Assembly (NCBI GenBank): GCA_963834705.1
Contig: CAWICV010000014.1
Location: 77,328 to 141,327, forward strand
Origin: an uncultured Actinomycetes bacterium
Lineage (GTDB): Bacteria; Actinomycetota; Actinomycetes; Streptosporangiales; Streptosporangiaceae
Direction: 5' to 3'
DNA: 64,000 bases
The translations under genes and the position numbers were made by a program. A model generated the notes under the pieces. That model ran no database searches, had not been told where the DNA came from, and saw only the letters and a program-made list of their open reading frames with translations. Positions 1 to 8,877 of the stretch are shown piece after piece; within the stretch, counting starts at the first letter, position 1; each line of letters begins with the position of its first letter.

Positions 1-1
1 G

Positions 2-1549
2 GTGCCTATCGTCGCCGCGCTCGTGGGGCGGCCACCGGCCCCCCGGCACGCTCGCCGCTGGGCCGGGCCGGCCGGCGCCGGACTGCTGGTGGTCGCGTTC
101 TTCCTGATCGGGCTGGCGAGTGAGCAGGCGACGACGGCCGCCGCCGAGAACGGGAACAACTCGACGCTGTTTCTCGCCCTGGTCGCAGGTCTGATCGCGC
201 TGTGCGCCGGGGTGGTGCTGGCCGCCCCGACATGCCTGGCGCTGCTGGCCAGGGCCGCCCGGCGGGCCCCGATCGCCGTGCGGCTAGCCCTGCGCGACCT
301 GGCCAGGTACCGGGCCCGCTCCGGAGCGGCCCTCGGGGCAATCAGCATCAGCGTGCTCATCGCCGTCATCATCTGCATCGTCGCCGCCGCGCGGTTCGGC
401 AACCCCCTCGACTACGTCGGGCCCAACCTGGCATCGAACCAGCTCATCGTCTACCCGCACGGCAGCAACGCTCAGTTCGCCGGGCCGCGCGCAACGCCGC
501 AGGGCACGCACTCGCCGGCCAAACCAAACAGCCGGCTGCCGAGACACCCGGCACCCACCCCGGGCACAAGTGTCTTCTTCCGCAACGGGACCCAAGCCGG
601 GGCGTTCCGCGTGACCCGCGCCAGGCTTGCAGCGATGGCCGCCGAGGCCCGGGTCATCGCGGCCGCACTCGGCTCCGGGGACATCCAGCTCGAGGCGACT
701 GACTCCTTCCTGCAGCGCGCCGCATCCGGGCGAAACTTGTCCGGAACCCTGTACGTGGCCACTCCGCAACTGCTGCGCGCGTACGGCATCACCGGCGCGC
801 AGGCCAGCCGAGACGCCGACGTCCTCACCATGCGGCCCGGCCTGTCGAGCCTGACGAACATGCAGCTCCTATACGGCGGTTACAAATTCGGCCCTCCGGG
901 GCCCAACTCGCCCTGCCCGCCGGGCCACTGCCTGGCGAATCCGCAGATCCAGGAGGTCAGCGCGCTGCCGTCCGGTACGTCAGCGCCGAACACCGTGATC
1001 ACCGAGCACGCGGTGCGCCAGTTGCACCTGACGACCAGCGTGGCCGGCTGGCTCATCCAGGCCCCGGACGCCCTGACGGCAGGTCAGATCAGCACTGCCC
1101 AGCACGCCGCCGCGGCGGCCGGGCTGACCGTGGAGACGCGCAACAGCATCCCGACGTCCGCCGACATCCTCGACGTCGCGACCGTCACCGGCATCCTGCT
1201 TGCCCTCGGCATCCTTGTCATGAGCGTCGGATTGCTCCGCAGCGAGACCGCCAGCAGCCTCCGCGCGCTCACCGCGACCGGCGCGAGCAGCACAGCCCGC
1301 CGGGCCATCTCCGCCGCCACCGCGGGCGCGCTCGCGGTGACCGGCGCGGTCGTCGGCACGGCCGCCGGGTACATCGCAGCGATCGGCTTCTTCCGGGCCA
1401 GCCAGCTGGACACCCTGTCCTCGCTGACCAGCATCCCGGTGGGCAACCTCCTGCTCATCCTCGTCGGTATGCCGCTCATTGCAGTGATCGGTGCCTGGCT
1501 GCTCGCCGGGCGCGAGCCAAGCGCGATCGGCCGCCGACCCCTCGAGTAA
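2..1549 (+). CDS. FtsX-like (MacB-type) ABC transporter permease, 5'-partial (continues upstream of window)
   Basis: ORF is open at the window start. It has several hydrophobic TM stretches, a large soluble loop and a C-terminal 'SLRALTATGASSTARRAISAATAGALAVTGAVVG' block typical of FtsX permease domains. Confidence 0.65.
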   Translation: MPIVAALVGRPPAPRHARRWAGPAGAGLLVVAFFLIGLASEQATTAAAENGNNSTLFLALVAGLIALCAGVVLAAPTCLALLARAARRAPIAVRLALRDLARYRARSGAALGAISISVLIAVIICIVAAARFGNPLDYVGPNLASNQLIVYPHGSNAQFAGPRATPQGTHSPAKPNSRLPRHPAPTPGTSVFFRNGTQAGAFRVTRARLAAMAAEARVIAAALGSGDIQLEATDSFLQRAASGRNLSGTLYVATPQLLRAYGITGAQASRDADVLTMRPGLSSLTNMQLLYGGYKFGPPGPNSPCPPGHCLANPQIQEVSALPSGTSAPNTVITEHAVRQLHLTTSVAGWLIQAPDALTAGQISTAQHAAAAAGLTVETRNSIPTSADILDVATVTGILLALGILVMSVGLLRSETASSLRALTATGASSTARRAISAATAGALAVTGAVVGTAAGYIAAIGFFRASQLDTLSSLTSIPVGNLLLILVGMPLIAVIGAWLLAGREPSAIGRRPLE

Positions 1550-1603
1550 CCGGCCGGAACTACACCCCCCGGTCACTGCAGAGGCGAACGGCCGAGCACC
1601 AGA

Positions 1604-2998
1604 ATGGAGCACGTCATGATCAAGTCTCCCGCGGCCATCCCGCGCGTCCGGCGGCTGCGACTGCTGGCCGCGGCCATGCCGCTGGCAGCCCTGCTCGCCA
1701 CGGCCTGCAGCCCGGCCCAGACAGGCGCAGCCAGCAGCGGCGGACCAGCCCGCCAGCCGGCCGCCCCGCCGCCCAGCTCGACCGCCGACTGTAACTCGCT
1801 CACCACCTGCTACACGCCGCAGCAGTTCCAGGTGGCCTACGGCATCAAGCCGCTCCTCGGCCGCGGGATCAACGGCCGCGGCGAGACCGTCGTGCTGCCC
1901 GAGCTCGCCGAATCGCGGCTCAACCCGCCCCTGGTCACCGACATGCGCCAGGACATGGCGGCCTTCGACAACATGTTCCACCTGCCGGCCGCGCGGATGC
2001 GGGTCGTCACCGCGCTGGCCGGCGCCGGTTCCCCCTGGCTGGCTTTCGGCGAGGAGGTGCTGGACGTCGAGATGGTGCACGCGCTCGCCCCCGATGCCAG
2101 CCTTGTCATCCTCCTGGTCCCGTCGACATCCCTGGACAACACCAGCAACGCGGTCTCCGCCGCCGTCGCCTCGCTCCGTCTTGGCAGCACGGAAGGCGGC
2201 GTCATGTCGATCAGCGCCGCGGGGCAGATCGGCGGCGAGCACTGCGTGAGCCGCGCCCAGGCCAGCAGCGTGAACGCGGCACTCCAGGCGGCCGCCAGCC
2301 GCCACGTGACGGTGGTCGCCGCCTCGGGCGACATCGGAGCGGTGGCCGAACCGTGCGATGTCTACGGGGCGCTGACCGGCGGTGGCACGTTCACCCCGGT
2401 CAAGGAGGTCAACCTGCTGGCCTCCGATCCGCTCGTGCTCGGAGCCGGCGGCACCAGCCTGACCGCCAGCCACACCACCGGCGCCTGGCAGGGCGAGACC
2501 GCCTGGGGCCTGCCCTACGGCGGCCCCGGATCGGCCTTCCAGGCATCCGGCGGCGGGTTCAGCCGCCTGTTCCCCCGTCCCGGCTACCAGGACGGCGTCC
2601 CCGGCATCCGGGCCACCCGGGGGGTGCCCGACGTGTCGGCCGACGCCAGCGGCCACACCGGTATGGCGATCGTCCTCAGCGCCCGCGGCAGGACCGTGAT
2701 CCGCGACAGCGGCGGTACCAGCGCTAGCGCCCCGATCTGGGCCGCGCTGATCGCCCTGGCCGACCAGTACGCCGGGCGGCACCTGGGTCTCGTCAACCCC
2801 GCCATCTACCAGATCGCCCGCGGCCCCCGCTACCACCAGGCCTTCCACGACGTCACCCAGGGAAACAACACCGTGCAGTTCCCGCCCACGACGATCACTG
2901 GCTACCAGGCGGCATCCGGCTGGGATCCGGTTACCGGCTGGGGCAGCCCCGACGCACAGGTGCTCATCCCGCTGCTCGCACGCTACGCGGTGCCTTAA
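1604..2998 (+). CDS. S53 (sedolisin/kumamolisin-like) serine peptidase, probable lipoprotein
   Basis: N-terminal signal peptide ends in 'LLATAC' (lipobox-like). Motifs 'EEVLDVEMVHALAP', 'VVAASGDIG' and 'GGTSASAPIWAALIALADQ' fit the sedolisin-type catalytic arrangement. Confidence 0.75.
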   Translation: MEHVMIKSPAAIPRVRRLRLLAAAMPLAALLATACSPAQTGAASSGGPARQPAAPPPSSTADCNSLTTCYTPQQFQVAYGIKPLLGRGINGRGETVVLPELAESRLNPPLVTDMRQDMAAFDNMFHLPAARMRVVTALAGAGSPWLAFGEEVLDVEMVHALAPDASLVILLVPSTSLDNTSNAVSAAVASLRLGSTEGGVMSISAAGQIGGEHCVSRAQASSVNAALQAAASRHVTVVAASGDIGAVAEPCDVYGALTGGGTFTPVKEVNLLASDPLVLGAGGTSLTASHTTGAWQGETAWGLPYGGPGSAFQASGGGFSRLFPRPGYQDGVPGIRATRGVPDVSADASGHTGMAIVLSARGRTVIRDSGGTSASAPIWAALIALADQYAGRHLGLVNPAIYQIARGPRYHQAFHDVTQGNNTVQFPPTTITGYQAASGWDPVTGWGSPDAQVLIPLLARYAVP

Positions 2999-5516
2999 CA
3001 TTTGCACCCCAATGTCCCGGCCCCGGCGTCCCGCCGGGTCCGGTGCCATCGCTCCACCAACCCTTCGGTAACCCGCAGGTCGTGCGCGATCCGGCTGATC
3101 CCGTGGCCGCGGGCGAACCGCTCAGCTGCCCCATACACCACTCCCGTGGACGGGAACCCGTGCTCAACGAGCTGCGGGCCGCTTGGGTGCTGCCGTGTAA
3201 TCGTCGCGGATGACGCGCGTACTGTAACAGTCCCTCGTCACCTGCCATCTCGTTCTGGTGGGGTGTTCTGGCGGCCACATACTCAGTCCAGTCGCGGTGG
3301 GTGCTGCGTGTCCAGCGGGTGGCCGTGGAGATGTGCAGCCCCGTTATCCCCGCCAGGACGGAGGCGGGCAGCTCGGCGGCGAGCGCGCCAACCGCGGTAT
3401 TGCGTGCGGCTTGAGTGGTGATGCCGTGTCGGCGCAGCCCCGTGCGGAGGTGAGCGTGGCTGGCCGGCCGGGTGGAGTCGTTGCCGGGAAACAGCCAGCT
3501 CGGCGGCCCGGCGAGGCGGGTGAGAATGGTGCCAGGGGCGGGCTGGAGCGCGAGCTGGCCGATCAGGGCGGCGAGCCGGGGCGGCAGGAGGATCAGGCGG
3601 CCGTGACGGCGTAGCCAGGTCTGGCCGTCATGGCGGGTGATGTCGTCACGGGTGAGGTGGGCGATCTTGCTGAGCGGCAGGCCGTAGACGAGCACCAGCG
3701 CGCCGGCGACGCGCAGGTCCAGCGGCATGCCGGTGTCATCCAGGCAGGTACGCAGCTGCCGGGCTTGCTCACGGTCGTCGAGGAAGCCGGCCGGCACGGC
3801 GGCTGGACGGCCTTTCACGGCGACGTCGCGGGTGATCTTGTGCCGGACGGTCCAGCTGACGAACGGCTGGATCGGGGTGTGCCGGCCGGGCCCAGCCAGG
3901 AGCCACTGGTCAAGCTGATCCTGGGTCAGGGCGCTCAGGTCGGTGCCGTGCTGGCTGAGCCAGTCCAGCAGGGCAACGGCGGCGGTGATACGGGCCCGGA
4001 TGGACGCGGCGGCGGTGGAGCTGGTCAGCCCGCCGTGGTTCTTGCGACGGGCACGCTGAAGGAGGAACCAGTGCGCGTAGGGCTGGATCAGGCGCGCGTG
4101 GCCGGGCGGCCGGGTGGCGAGGAGCTGGTCGAGCCAAGGCGTGATCCGCTCGAGGTGCTCGTCGCGGGAGGGCAGGACGCCGGCGCCGACCAGGACGTCG
4201 CGGACGTAGTGCACGGCCTTGGACGGGGGCACGGCATCCAGGTGCTGGTGGGTCAGCGGCCCATCGTGCTCCAGGAGCCGGTGCACCAGGCCGGCAGAGT
4301 GCCCGTAGGACAGCCAGCGCAGCACCGTGACCGGGCGGCCTGCCTGGGCCAGCGCCTGAGCAAGCACGCTGATCTGCTCGCTGCCTGAGCGGTTCCGCGC
4401 CCGATCGGTCAGCTCGGTGAGCCGGTCATCCAGCACGCAGCCGGCGCAGCGGCCATAGCTCAGCAGGAAGCCGGCCGCGCCGCAGCGGCGGCAGCCGTAG
4501 TCAACAGCGAACCCGCCGCACGGCCCGCAGATCAGCTCGCCACTGCTGGCCCGGGCGATCAGGGGCTGGGCGGTGCCACAGGCATGGCAGGACGCTGGAT
4601 GGGAGCGGATGTAGCCGTAGCAGGGGGCACAGACAGGGCCGATCGGCCAGCTGGCCTTGACTGGGCGCTGTTTCGCGCAGCGGCAGCAGAGCCGGGCCGG
4701 GCGGGGCGCGCAGCCCAGGCAGACCGGCTTGCCGGCGGCGTAGCTACACGGCCGGATGCGGAAGCACACCGAGCACACGGCGGCCGGGCCGCGGTAACAC
4801 GCCGAGCACAAGTCCGGGCTGCCCGGCCCGGCGCGCTTTTTCACCGGCCGGACCTGGCCGCAGTTTCCGCACGGCCGCGCCGGGCTGCGGTAACAGCGGT
4901 GGCAGACGGGCCCGTCGCCGGTGATCGCTGCCGCGGGCCGCGCGGCACCGCAGGAATGGCAGGTGCGGGCGGGCCGGCCCTGACAGCGGGAACATAGCGG
5001 CGTGCCGTCGGCGGCGTGCCCGGCGATCCGGGCGGGCTGCCCGCACTGGCCGCACGGCTGGATGCGGGCCGGTTCCCGGTTGTAACAGGCACCGCAGATC
5101 AGCCCGTCCGGCCGGCGGGCGGCCGGGACGGCGATCCGGCCGCATCGCGCACATTCGGTGCGGCGGGCCCGGGCCTTGCAGGTGACGCAGATCCGCCCGG
5201 CGGGGCTGAGGCTGTTCAGCGCGGCGGTGATCTTCCCGCAGCCCGCGCACCGCGGCGGGATGACCCAGTCGTGTCCCTCGGCGTGCAGCCGCCAGGCCAG
5301 CCGGATCAGGCCGGGCGGGATGTCCTGGCGGTGGGTGCGCAGCGGGTCCGGATGCCCGGCCAGGTGCGCGGCGATCTGCCGCAGCGATCCCTGCCCCGCC
5401 GACCCGGCGCGTTGCAGGACACCGGCAGCGCCGTCACGGTCCAGGCCGGGCACCGCCGCGAGAAGATACGCAGTGACCGCGTCCCGGTCAGCAGCCAGCC
5501 TGGAAGACGGTCTCAT
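2964..5516 (-). CDS. Large recombinase-associated protein: about 9 tandem CxxC...CxxC zinc ribbons plus a C-terminal tyrosine-recombinase-like domain that looks catalytically degenerate
   Basis: 850-aa ORF whose start overlaps the upstream HTH gene stop (ATGA). About 18 CxxC motifs lie between aa ~90 and 370. The C-terminus aligns to the integrase fold, but 'YGLPLSKI' replaces the Arg-I box and 'GLHISTATRWTR' has Trp where the catalytic Tyr is expected. Confidence 0.7.
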   Translation of the reverse strand: MRPSSRLAADRDAVTAYLLAAVPGLDRDGAAGVLQRAGSAGQGSLRQIAAHLAGHPDPLRTHRQDIPPGLIRLAWRLHAEGHDWVIPPRCAGCGKITAALNSLSPAGRICVTCKARARRTECARCGRIAVPAARRPDGLICGACYNREPARIQPCGQCGQPARIAGHAADGTPLCSRCQGRPARTCHSCGAARPAAAITGDGPVCHRCYRSPARPCGNCGQVRPVKKRAGPGSPDLCSACYRGPAAVCSVCFRIRPCSYAAGKPVCLGCAPRPARLCCRCAKQRPVKASWPIGPVCAPCYGYIRSHPASCHACGTAQPLIARASSGELICGPCGGFAVDYGCRRCGAAGFLLSYGRCAGCVLDDRLTELTDRARNRSGSEQISVLAQALAQAGRPVTVLRWLSYGHSAGLVHRLLEHDGPLTHQHLDAVPPSKAVHYVRDVLVGAGVLPSRDEHLERITPWLDQLLATRPPGHARLIQPYAHWFLLQRARRKNHGGLTSSTAAASIRARITAAVALLDWLSQHGTDLSALTQDQLDQWLLAGPGRHTPIQPFVSWTVRHKITRDVAVKGRPAAVPAGFLDDREQARQLRTCLDDTGMPLDLRVAGALVLVYGLPLSKIAHLTRDDITRHDGQTWLRRHGRLILLPPRLAALIGQLALQPAPGTILTRLAGPPSWLFPGNDSTRPASHAHLRTGLRRHGITTQAARNTAVGALAAELPASVLAGITGLHISTATRWTRSTHRDWTEYVAARTPHQNEMAGDEGLLQYARHPRRLHGSTQAARSSLSTGSRPREWCMGQLSGSPAATGSAGSRTTCGLPKGWWSDGTGPGGTPGPGHWGANVKAPRSVRAAG

Positions 5517-5821
5517 GAGCTGCCCGGCCGGCGGATCGCAGAGCGCCGCACCGGCGGCGGGGCCGTGCCGGACCCGGCGGCCTTGCGGACGGGGCGGCTG
5601 ACCTTCTTGACCTCGATCAGGTCACCGGGCTGGCACTCCAGGATGTCGCACAGCGCGGCGAGGGTATCCATGCTCAGCCGCTGCGGCGGCCGGGTGACCA
5701 GCCGGAACACCTGCTCGCGAGACAGGTCGACGCCGCGCTCGGCCAGCAGCGGCACCAGCTCTGAGGTGTGGTAAAGGCCCCGCTCGGCCATCCGCAGCCG
5801 CAGGTGCCAGTCGATGCCCAT
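5513..5821 (-). CDS. Small XRE/Cro-type helix-turn-helix protein
   Basis: 'MGIDWHLRLRMAERGLYHTSELVPLLAERGVDLSREQVFRLV...LSMDTLAALCDILECQPGDLIE' has an HTH_XRE-like layout. It sits 8 nt after the recombinase stop and overlaps the next gene by 4 nt. The start at 5821 was chosen over the longer ORF start at 5854. Confidence 0.6.
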   Translation of the reverse strand: MGIDWHLRLRMAERGLYHTSELVPLLAERGVDLSREQVFRLVTRPPQRLSMDTLAALCDILECQPGDLIEVKKVSRPVRKAAGSGTAPPPVRRSAIRRPGSS

Positions 5822-5829
5822 CTTGCGGA

Positions 5830-6957
5830 TCACCGCGCGTCCTCCTCCTGCCACAGGTCACCGTGCCGCGCCTGCAGCGCCCGGGTGAGCAGCCGGTTGC
5901 GGAACTCATCCCCGACCCCGGAGTAAATCGCCGTGGTCGAGGCATGCGCGTGGCCGGCCTGGTCCTGGACGAACCGCTCGGGGTAGCCGAACTCCAGCAG
6001 GTGAGTGATGTAACTGTGCCTCAGGCAGTGCAGGTCCAGCTCGCCCGGCAGCCCGGCCGCGGCGCGGGCCCGGGCGAACGCCACGTCAGCGCCCCGCAGC
6101 CCGATCCGCGCCCGCCGCTCGGTGACGAACAACGCCGGGTGCGCGCCGGGCACCAGCAGCGGGCGGATCTCATCCTGCCACTGGGCCAGGACCTCGATGA
6201 CCCAGTCCATCTCCGGGACCAGCAGCACGGTGCGCCGCTTGGGCGGGCTCCCGGCCGAGGACTTGCCCCACCGCACGAACAGCGCCCCGTACCGGCCGAA
6301 CGCCGGAGCCTTCGGGTTGCGCCGCAGGTCGGCCAGGTCCAGGCCACACGCCTCCCGCCGGCGCAGCCCGAACGCATACACGCACTTGAGCAGCGCCGCG
6401 TCCCGCCGGGCGGTCAGCTCACCCTTGCGGCCCCGCTCCCGGGCCTGCCCGGCCAGCCCGTCGGCGGCATCCAGCAGCGCCTGGACCTCGTCATAGGTCA
6501 GCGGCCGCCGCCCCCGCCGTCCCTCGTAGTCCAGCCGGTGCGCCACCGTGTTCCACGCATCCAGCACCTGGGACGGCGCGGCGCCGAACCGCTGCTCGCA
6601 CACCGCGGCCCACCCGTAGCGGGCGTCGGTGAGGTAGTCCAGGAACAGCCGCAGCGTCACCTGATAGCCCCGCGCCGTCGACGCCGCCGCCGGACGGCCG
6701 CCGCAGCGGAGGGAACCGAAGAACGCCTCAATCTCGGCAGCGTTCCACTGCCACGGGTACTGCCCGGAGAACTCCGCCAGCCGCCGCACCAGCCGGGCCC
6801 GCGCTGCGATCGTGCGGTCCTGCAGGAACCGGGCGCGCTGCTGGCGTCCCCAGCCTTCCAGCATCGCCGCCAGCACCGCAGGCTCGGGATCCAGCGGCAC
6901 CACGTTGCCCGCCAGCACCAGGCCAGCCGCGCCGGGCAGCTCAGGAACCGCATCCAT
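5830..6957 (-). CDS. Tyrosine recombinase/integrase (XerC/D-like), catalytically complete
   Basis: Motifs 'GLRRREACGLDLADL' (Arg-I), 'HCLRHSYITHLLE' (H-x-x-R-H) and 'GHAHASTTAIYSGV' (His/Tyr). ATG at 6957 (MDAVPEL) is preferred over the GTG at 6987. Confidence 0.85.
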   Translation of the reverse strand: MDAVPELPGAAGLVLAGNVVPLDPEPAVLAAMLEGWGRQQRARFLQDRTIAARARLVRRLAEFSGQYPWQWNAAEIEAFFGSLRCGGRPAAASTARGYQVTLRLFLDYLTDARYGWAAVCEQRFGAAPSQVLDAWNTVAHRLDYEGRRGRRPLTYDEVQALLDAADGLAGQARERGRKGELTARRDAALLKCVYAFGLRRREACGLDLADLRRNPKAPAFGRYGALFVRWGKSSAGSPPKRRTVLLVPEMDWVIEVLAQWQDEIRPLLVPGAHPALFVTERRARIGLRGADVAFARARAAAGLPGELDLHCLRHSYITHLLEFGYPERFVQDQAGHAHASTTAIYSGVGDEFRNRLLTRALQARHGDLWQEEDAR

Positions 6958-7212
6958 GACGTTGTATCTAACACAACATTGATGCACTGGCGCAAGGACA
7001 CCGGCCCAGCCTTCGTGACGGCGCAGGGAGGCGGGCCGAGTCCGCTAGTCTCAGCCTGCTGACCGGCCCAGACCGGTGTCACCTGCAGGCACCGAATGTT
7101 GCATCAGATGCAATAGATCCCGTTCCCACGCTGCGCGTGATCCACGACACCCAGCTCAAGCAGGCCGTCATCTGACCGAACAGGGCCGCGTGCTGGCCCG
7201 GCTCGATCCCGG

Positions 7213-7257
7213 CCACTGAACCACTGGCCACTGAGCCACTGGCCACTGAGCCACTGA
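7213..7257. repeat. Short tandem repeat (CCACTGR)n / 15-bp 'ccactggccactgag' x2+
   Basis: Read directly: ccactgaa ccactgg ccactgag ccactgg ccactgag ccactga. It lies upstream of the VOC gene. Confidence 0.9.
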
Positions 7258-7286
7258 TTCTGATCTGCTGATACGGGGGTATCCGG

Positions 7287-7661
7287 ATGCTCGATCACGT
7301 CGCGATGCAGTGCGAAGATCCGGCCGCGAGCGCCGCGTTCTATGACGCCGTGCTGGGCACCGTCGGCGGCGGCCGGGTCATGGACTTCGGAGATGTCATC
7401 GGCTATGGCATCGGCGGCAAGCCCGATTTCTGGATCGGCCCGCACAACACCGGCACCGGGTTCCGCGAATCCCACCTGGCCTTTGCAGCGCCCAGCCGGG
7501 CGGCGGTCCGGGAGTTCTTCGCGGCCGCCGTCGGTACCGGCGCCGAGGTGCTGTACGAGCCCCGGGTCTGGCCGGAGTACCACACCAGCTACTACGCCGC
7601 GTTCGTCCGCGACCCGGACGGCAACAACGTCGAGGCCGTCTGTCACCTGCCCGAGGACTGA
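7287..7661 (+). CDS. VOC family protein (glyoxalase/bleomycin-resistance/dioxygenase fold)
   Basis: 124 aa. 'MLDHVAMQCEDPAASAAFYDAVLG...SHLAFAAPSRAAV...YYAAFVRDPDGNNVEAV' is typical of small VOC proteins. Confidence 0.85.
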   Translation: MLDHVAMQCEDPAASAAFYDAVLGTVGGGRVMDFGDVIGYGIGGKPDFWIGPHNTGTGFRESHLAFAAPSRAAVREFFAAAVGTGAEVLYEPRVWPEYHTSYYAAFVRDPDGNNVEAVCHLPED

Positions 7662-7678
7662 TTTCAGCCCGCTGGCCC

Positions 7679-7769
7679 GTGCCGCCACACGGTGCCGCCA
7701 CACGGTGCCGCCACACGGTGCCGCCACACCGTGCCGCCACACGGTGCCGCCGCACTGTGCCGCCACACC
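7679..7769. repeat. 13-bp tandem repeat 'gtgccgccacacg' x7
   Basis: Seven head-to-tail copies, four identical and three with 1-3 substitutions, with no spacers. It lies between the VOC stop and the XRE stop. Confidence 0.95.
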
Positions 7770-7818
7770 TTTGCCAGCACGCATTGGTGGACGGCGCATC
7801 TGGCGCCCGGCCACCCCA

Positions 7819-8670
7819 TCAGCTAGCTGAGGCCGCGATCAGGTCGAGGGACGGCCCGGGGTCCAGCGCCTCGGCGCGCAGCCGCTCGAACACGGCGGTA
7901 TAGGCCCGCACCTCGCCCGGATCGTCCAGCACCAGGCTGCCGGTCAGGTGCTCGGTGTACACCACCGGAGGGTCGGCGGGATCGGCGAAGTCGAGAATGG
8001 TGAACGGGCTGACCGCCTGCACATGGGCGGCCGCACCGGCCGGCAGTACCTGTAGCGTCACCTGGCCGCGGTCGGCCACCTCGGCCAGCTTGCGCAACTG
8101 GGCCCGCATCACCTCCGGGCCGCCCACCTGGACCCGCAGCGCGCCCTCGCTCAGTACCAGGCGCAGCTCCGGCGGCGCGGCGCCGTCCAGCACCGCCTGC
8201 CGTTCCATCCGCAACGCTACCTGCTGCTCGATGTCGCGGGCCCGGCGCTCGGCGCCCGGCGCGGCGCGCAACATCGCCCTGGTGTAGTCCTCGGTCTGCA
8301 CCAGGCCGGGCAGCACCATCGACTGGAAATCGTGCAGCCGGGCCGCCTCGGCCTCCAGCCCCAGATAGGGCTCCAGCCAGCTTGGCGTGACCGGGCCGAA
8401 GCGGTGCCACCAGCCCTTCCGCCGGGCTTCCCGGGCCAGTTCGACGAGCGCGTCGGCCTGGCCCCCGGTGACGCCGTAGACGTCGAGCAGCTCCCGTACG
8501 TCGCCGGGCCGGACGCTGATCCGGCCGGTTTCTATCCGGCTGATCCGGGTGCCCGAGCAGTCCAGCCGCTGGCCCACGCTCTCGCAGGTTAAGCGGGCCT
8601 GCTCACGGAGGCGGCGCAACTCGGTGCCGAGACGCTTGCGCCGGACGGTAGGGCTGGGGCTGACGGGCAT
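7819..8670 (-). CDS. WhiJ-like XRE-family regulator (N-terminal HTH plus DUF5753-type C-terminal domain)
   Basis: 'RRKRLGTELRRLREQARLTCESVGQRLDCSGTRISRIETGRISVRPGDVRELLDVYGV' followed by a ~190-aa C-domain. RBS 'ggagacg' precedes the ATG. The family name is from memory. Confidence 0.85.
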   Translation of the reverse strand: MPVSPSPTVRRKRLGTELRRLREQARLTCESVGQRLDCSGTRISRIETGRISVRPGDVRELLDVYGVTGGQADALVELAREARRKGWWHRFGPVTPSWLEPYLGLEAEAARLHDFQSMVLPGLVQTEDYTRAMLRAAPGAERRARDIEQQVALRMERQAVLDGAAPPELRLVLSEGALRVQVGGPEVMRAQLRKLAEVADRGQVTLQVLPAGAAAHVQAVSPFTILDFADPADPPVVYTEHLTGSLVLDDPGEVRAYTAVFERLRAEALDPGPSLDLIAASAS

Positions 8671-8877
8671 ATCGTCTCCGTGCTCGTACTAAAACCAGCC
8701 CAGTGACCCTACATGAGCAGGGCAAAAGGCGCATAATGCCGGTAGGTGCCGCGCGTGTTGCTGCCGACATGTGGTCAGCTCACGCACGATACTGAGACGT
8801 ATGATACGTTGCCGCATTTGCCGGGGCCGGAACCGGCACGCGCGAGGTAGCCGAACTCCGGGGAGGTGATCCCCGCG

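Larger units (their letters stand above)
2964..6990 (-). mobile_element. Three-gene tyrosine-recombinase module, a putative integrative or transposable element with Tn554-like gene content but different order
   Basis: The three genes are tightly coupled (8-nt gap, then 4-nt overlap). AT-richer sequence lies at both ends, with a shared AACATT(n0-2)TGCAC word at 2997-3007 and 6975-6987. Element limits are not established. Confidence 0.45.

Noticed and set aside
980-3049. 689-aa minus-strand ORF. Similar long antisense ORFs: 12702..14138, 14202..15479, 20350..22692, 30707..32314, 34105..36261, 40372..42147, 42437..44194, 47742..49640, 54584..55759, 56043..57443, 60055..61392, 63295..63960.
   Set aside because: All lie antisense to genes with clear family motifs. 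They have extreme Arg/Gly/Pro/Ala composition and no recognisable motifs. Long stop-free antisense frames like these are expected in very GC-rich DNA.
7679-7769. Possible CRISPR array
   Set aside because: The units are only 13 bp and strictly head-to-tail with no spacers, and no cas genes are in the window. It is a simple tandem repeat. The same applies to the other repeat arrays.
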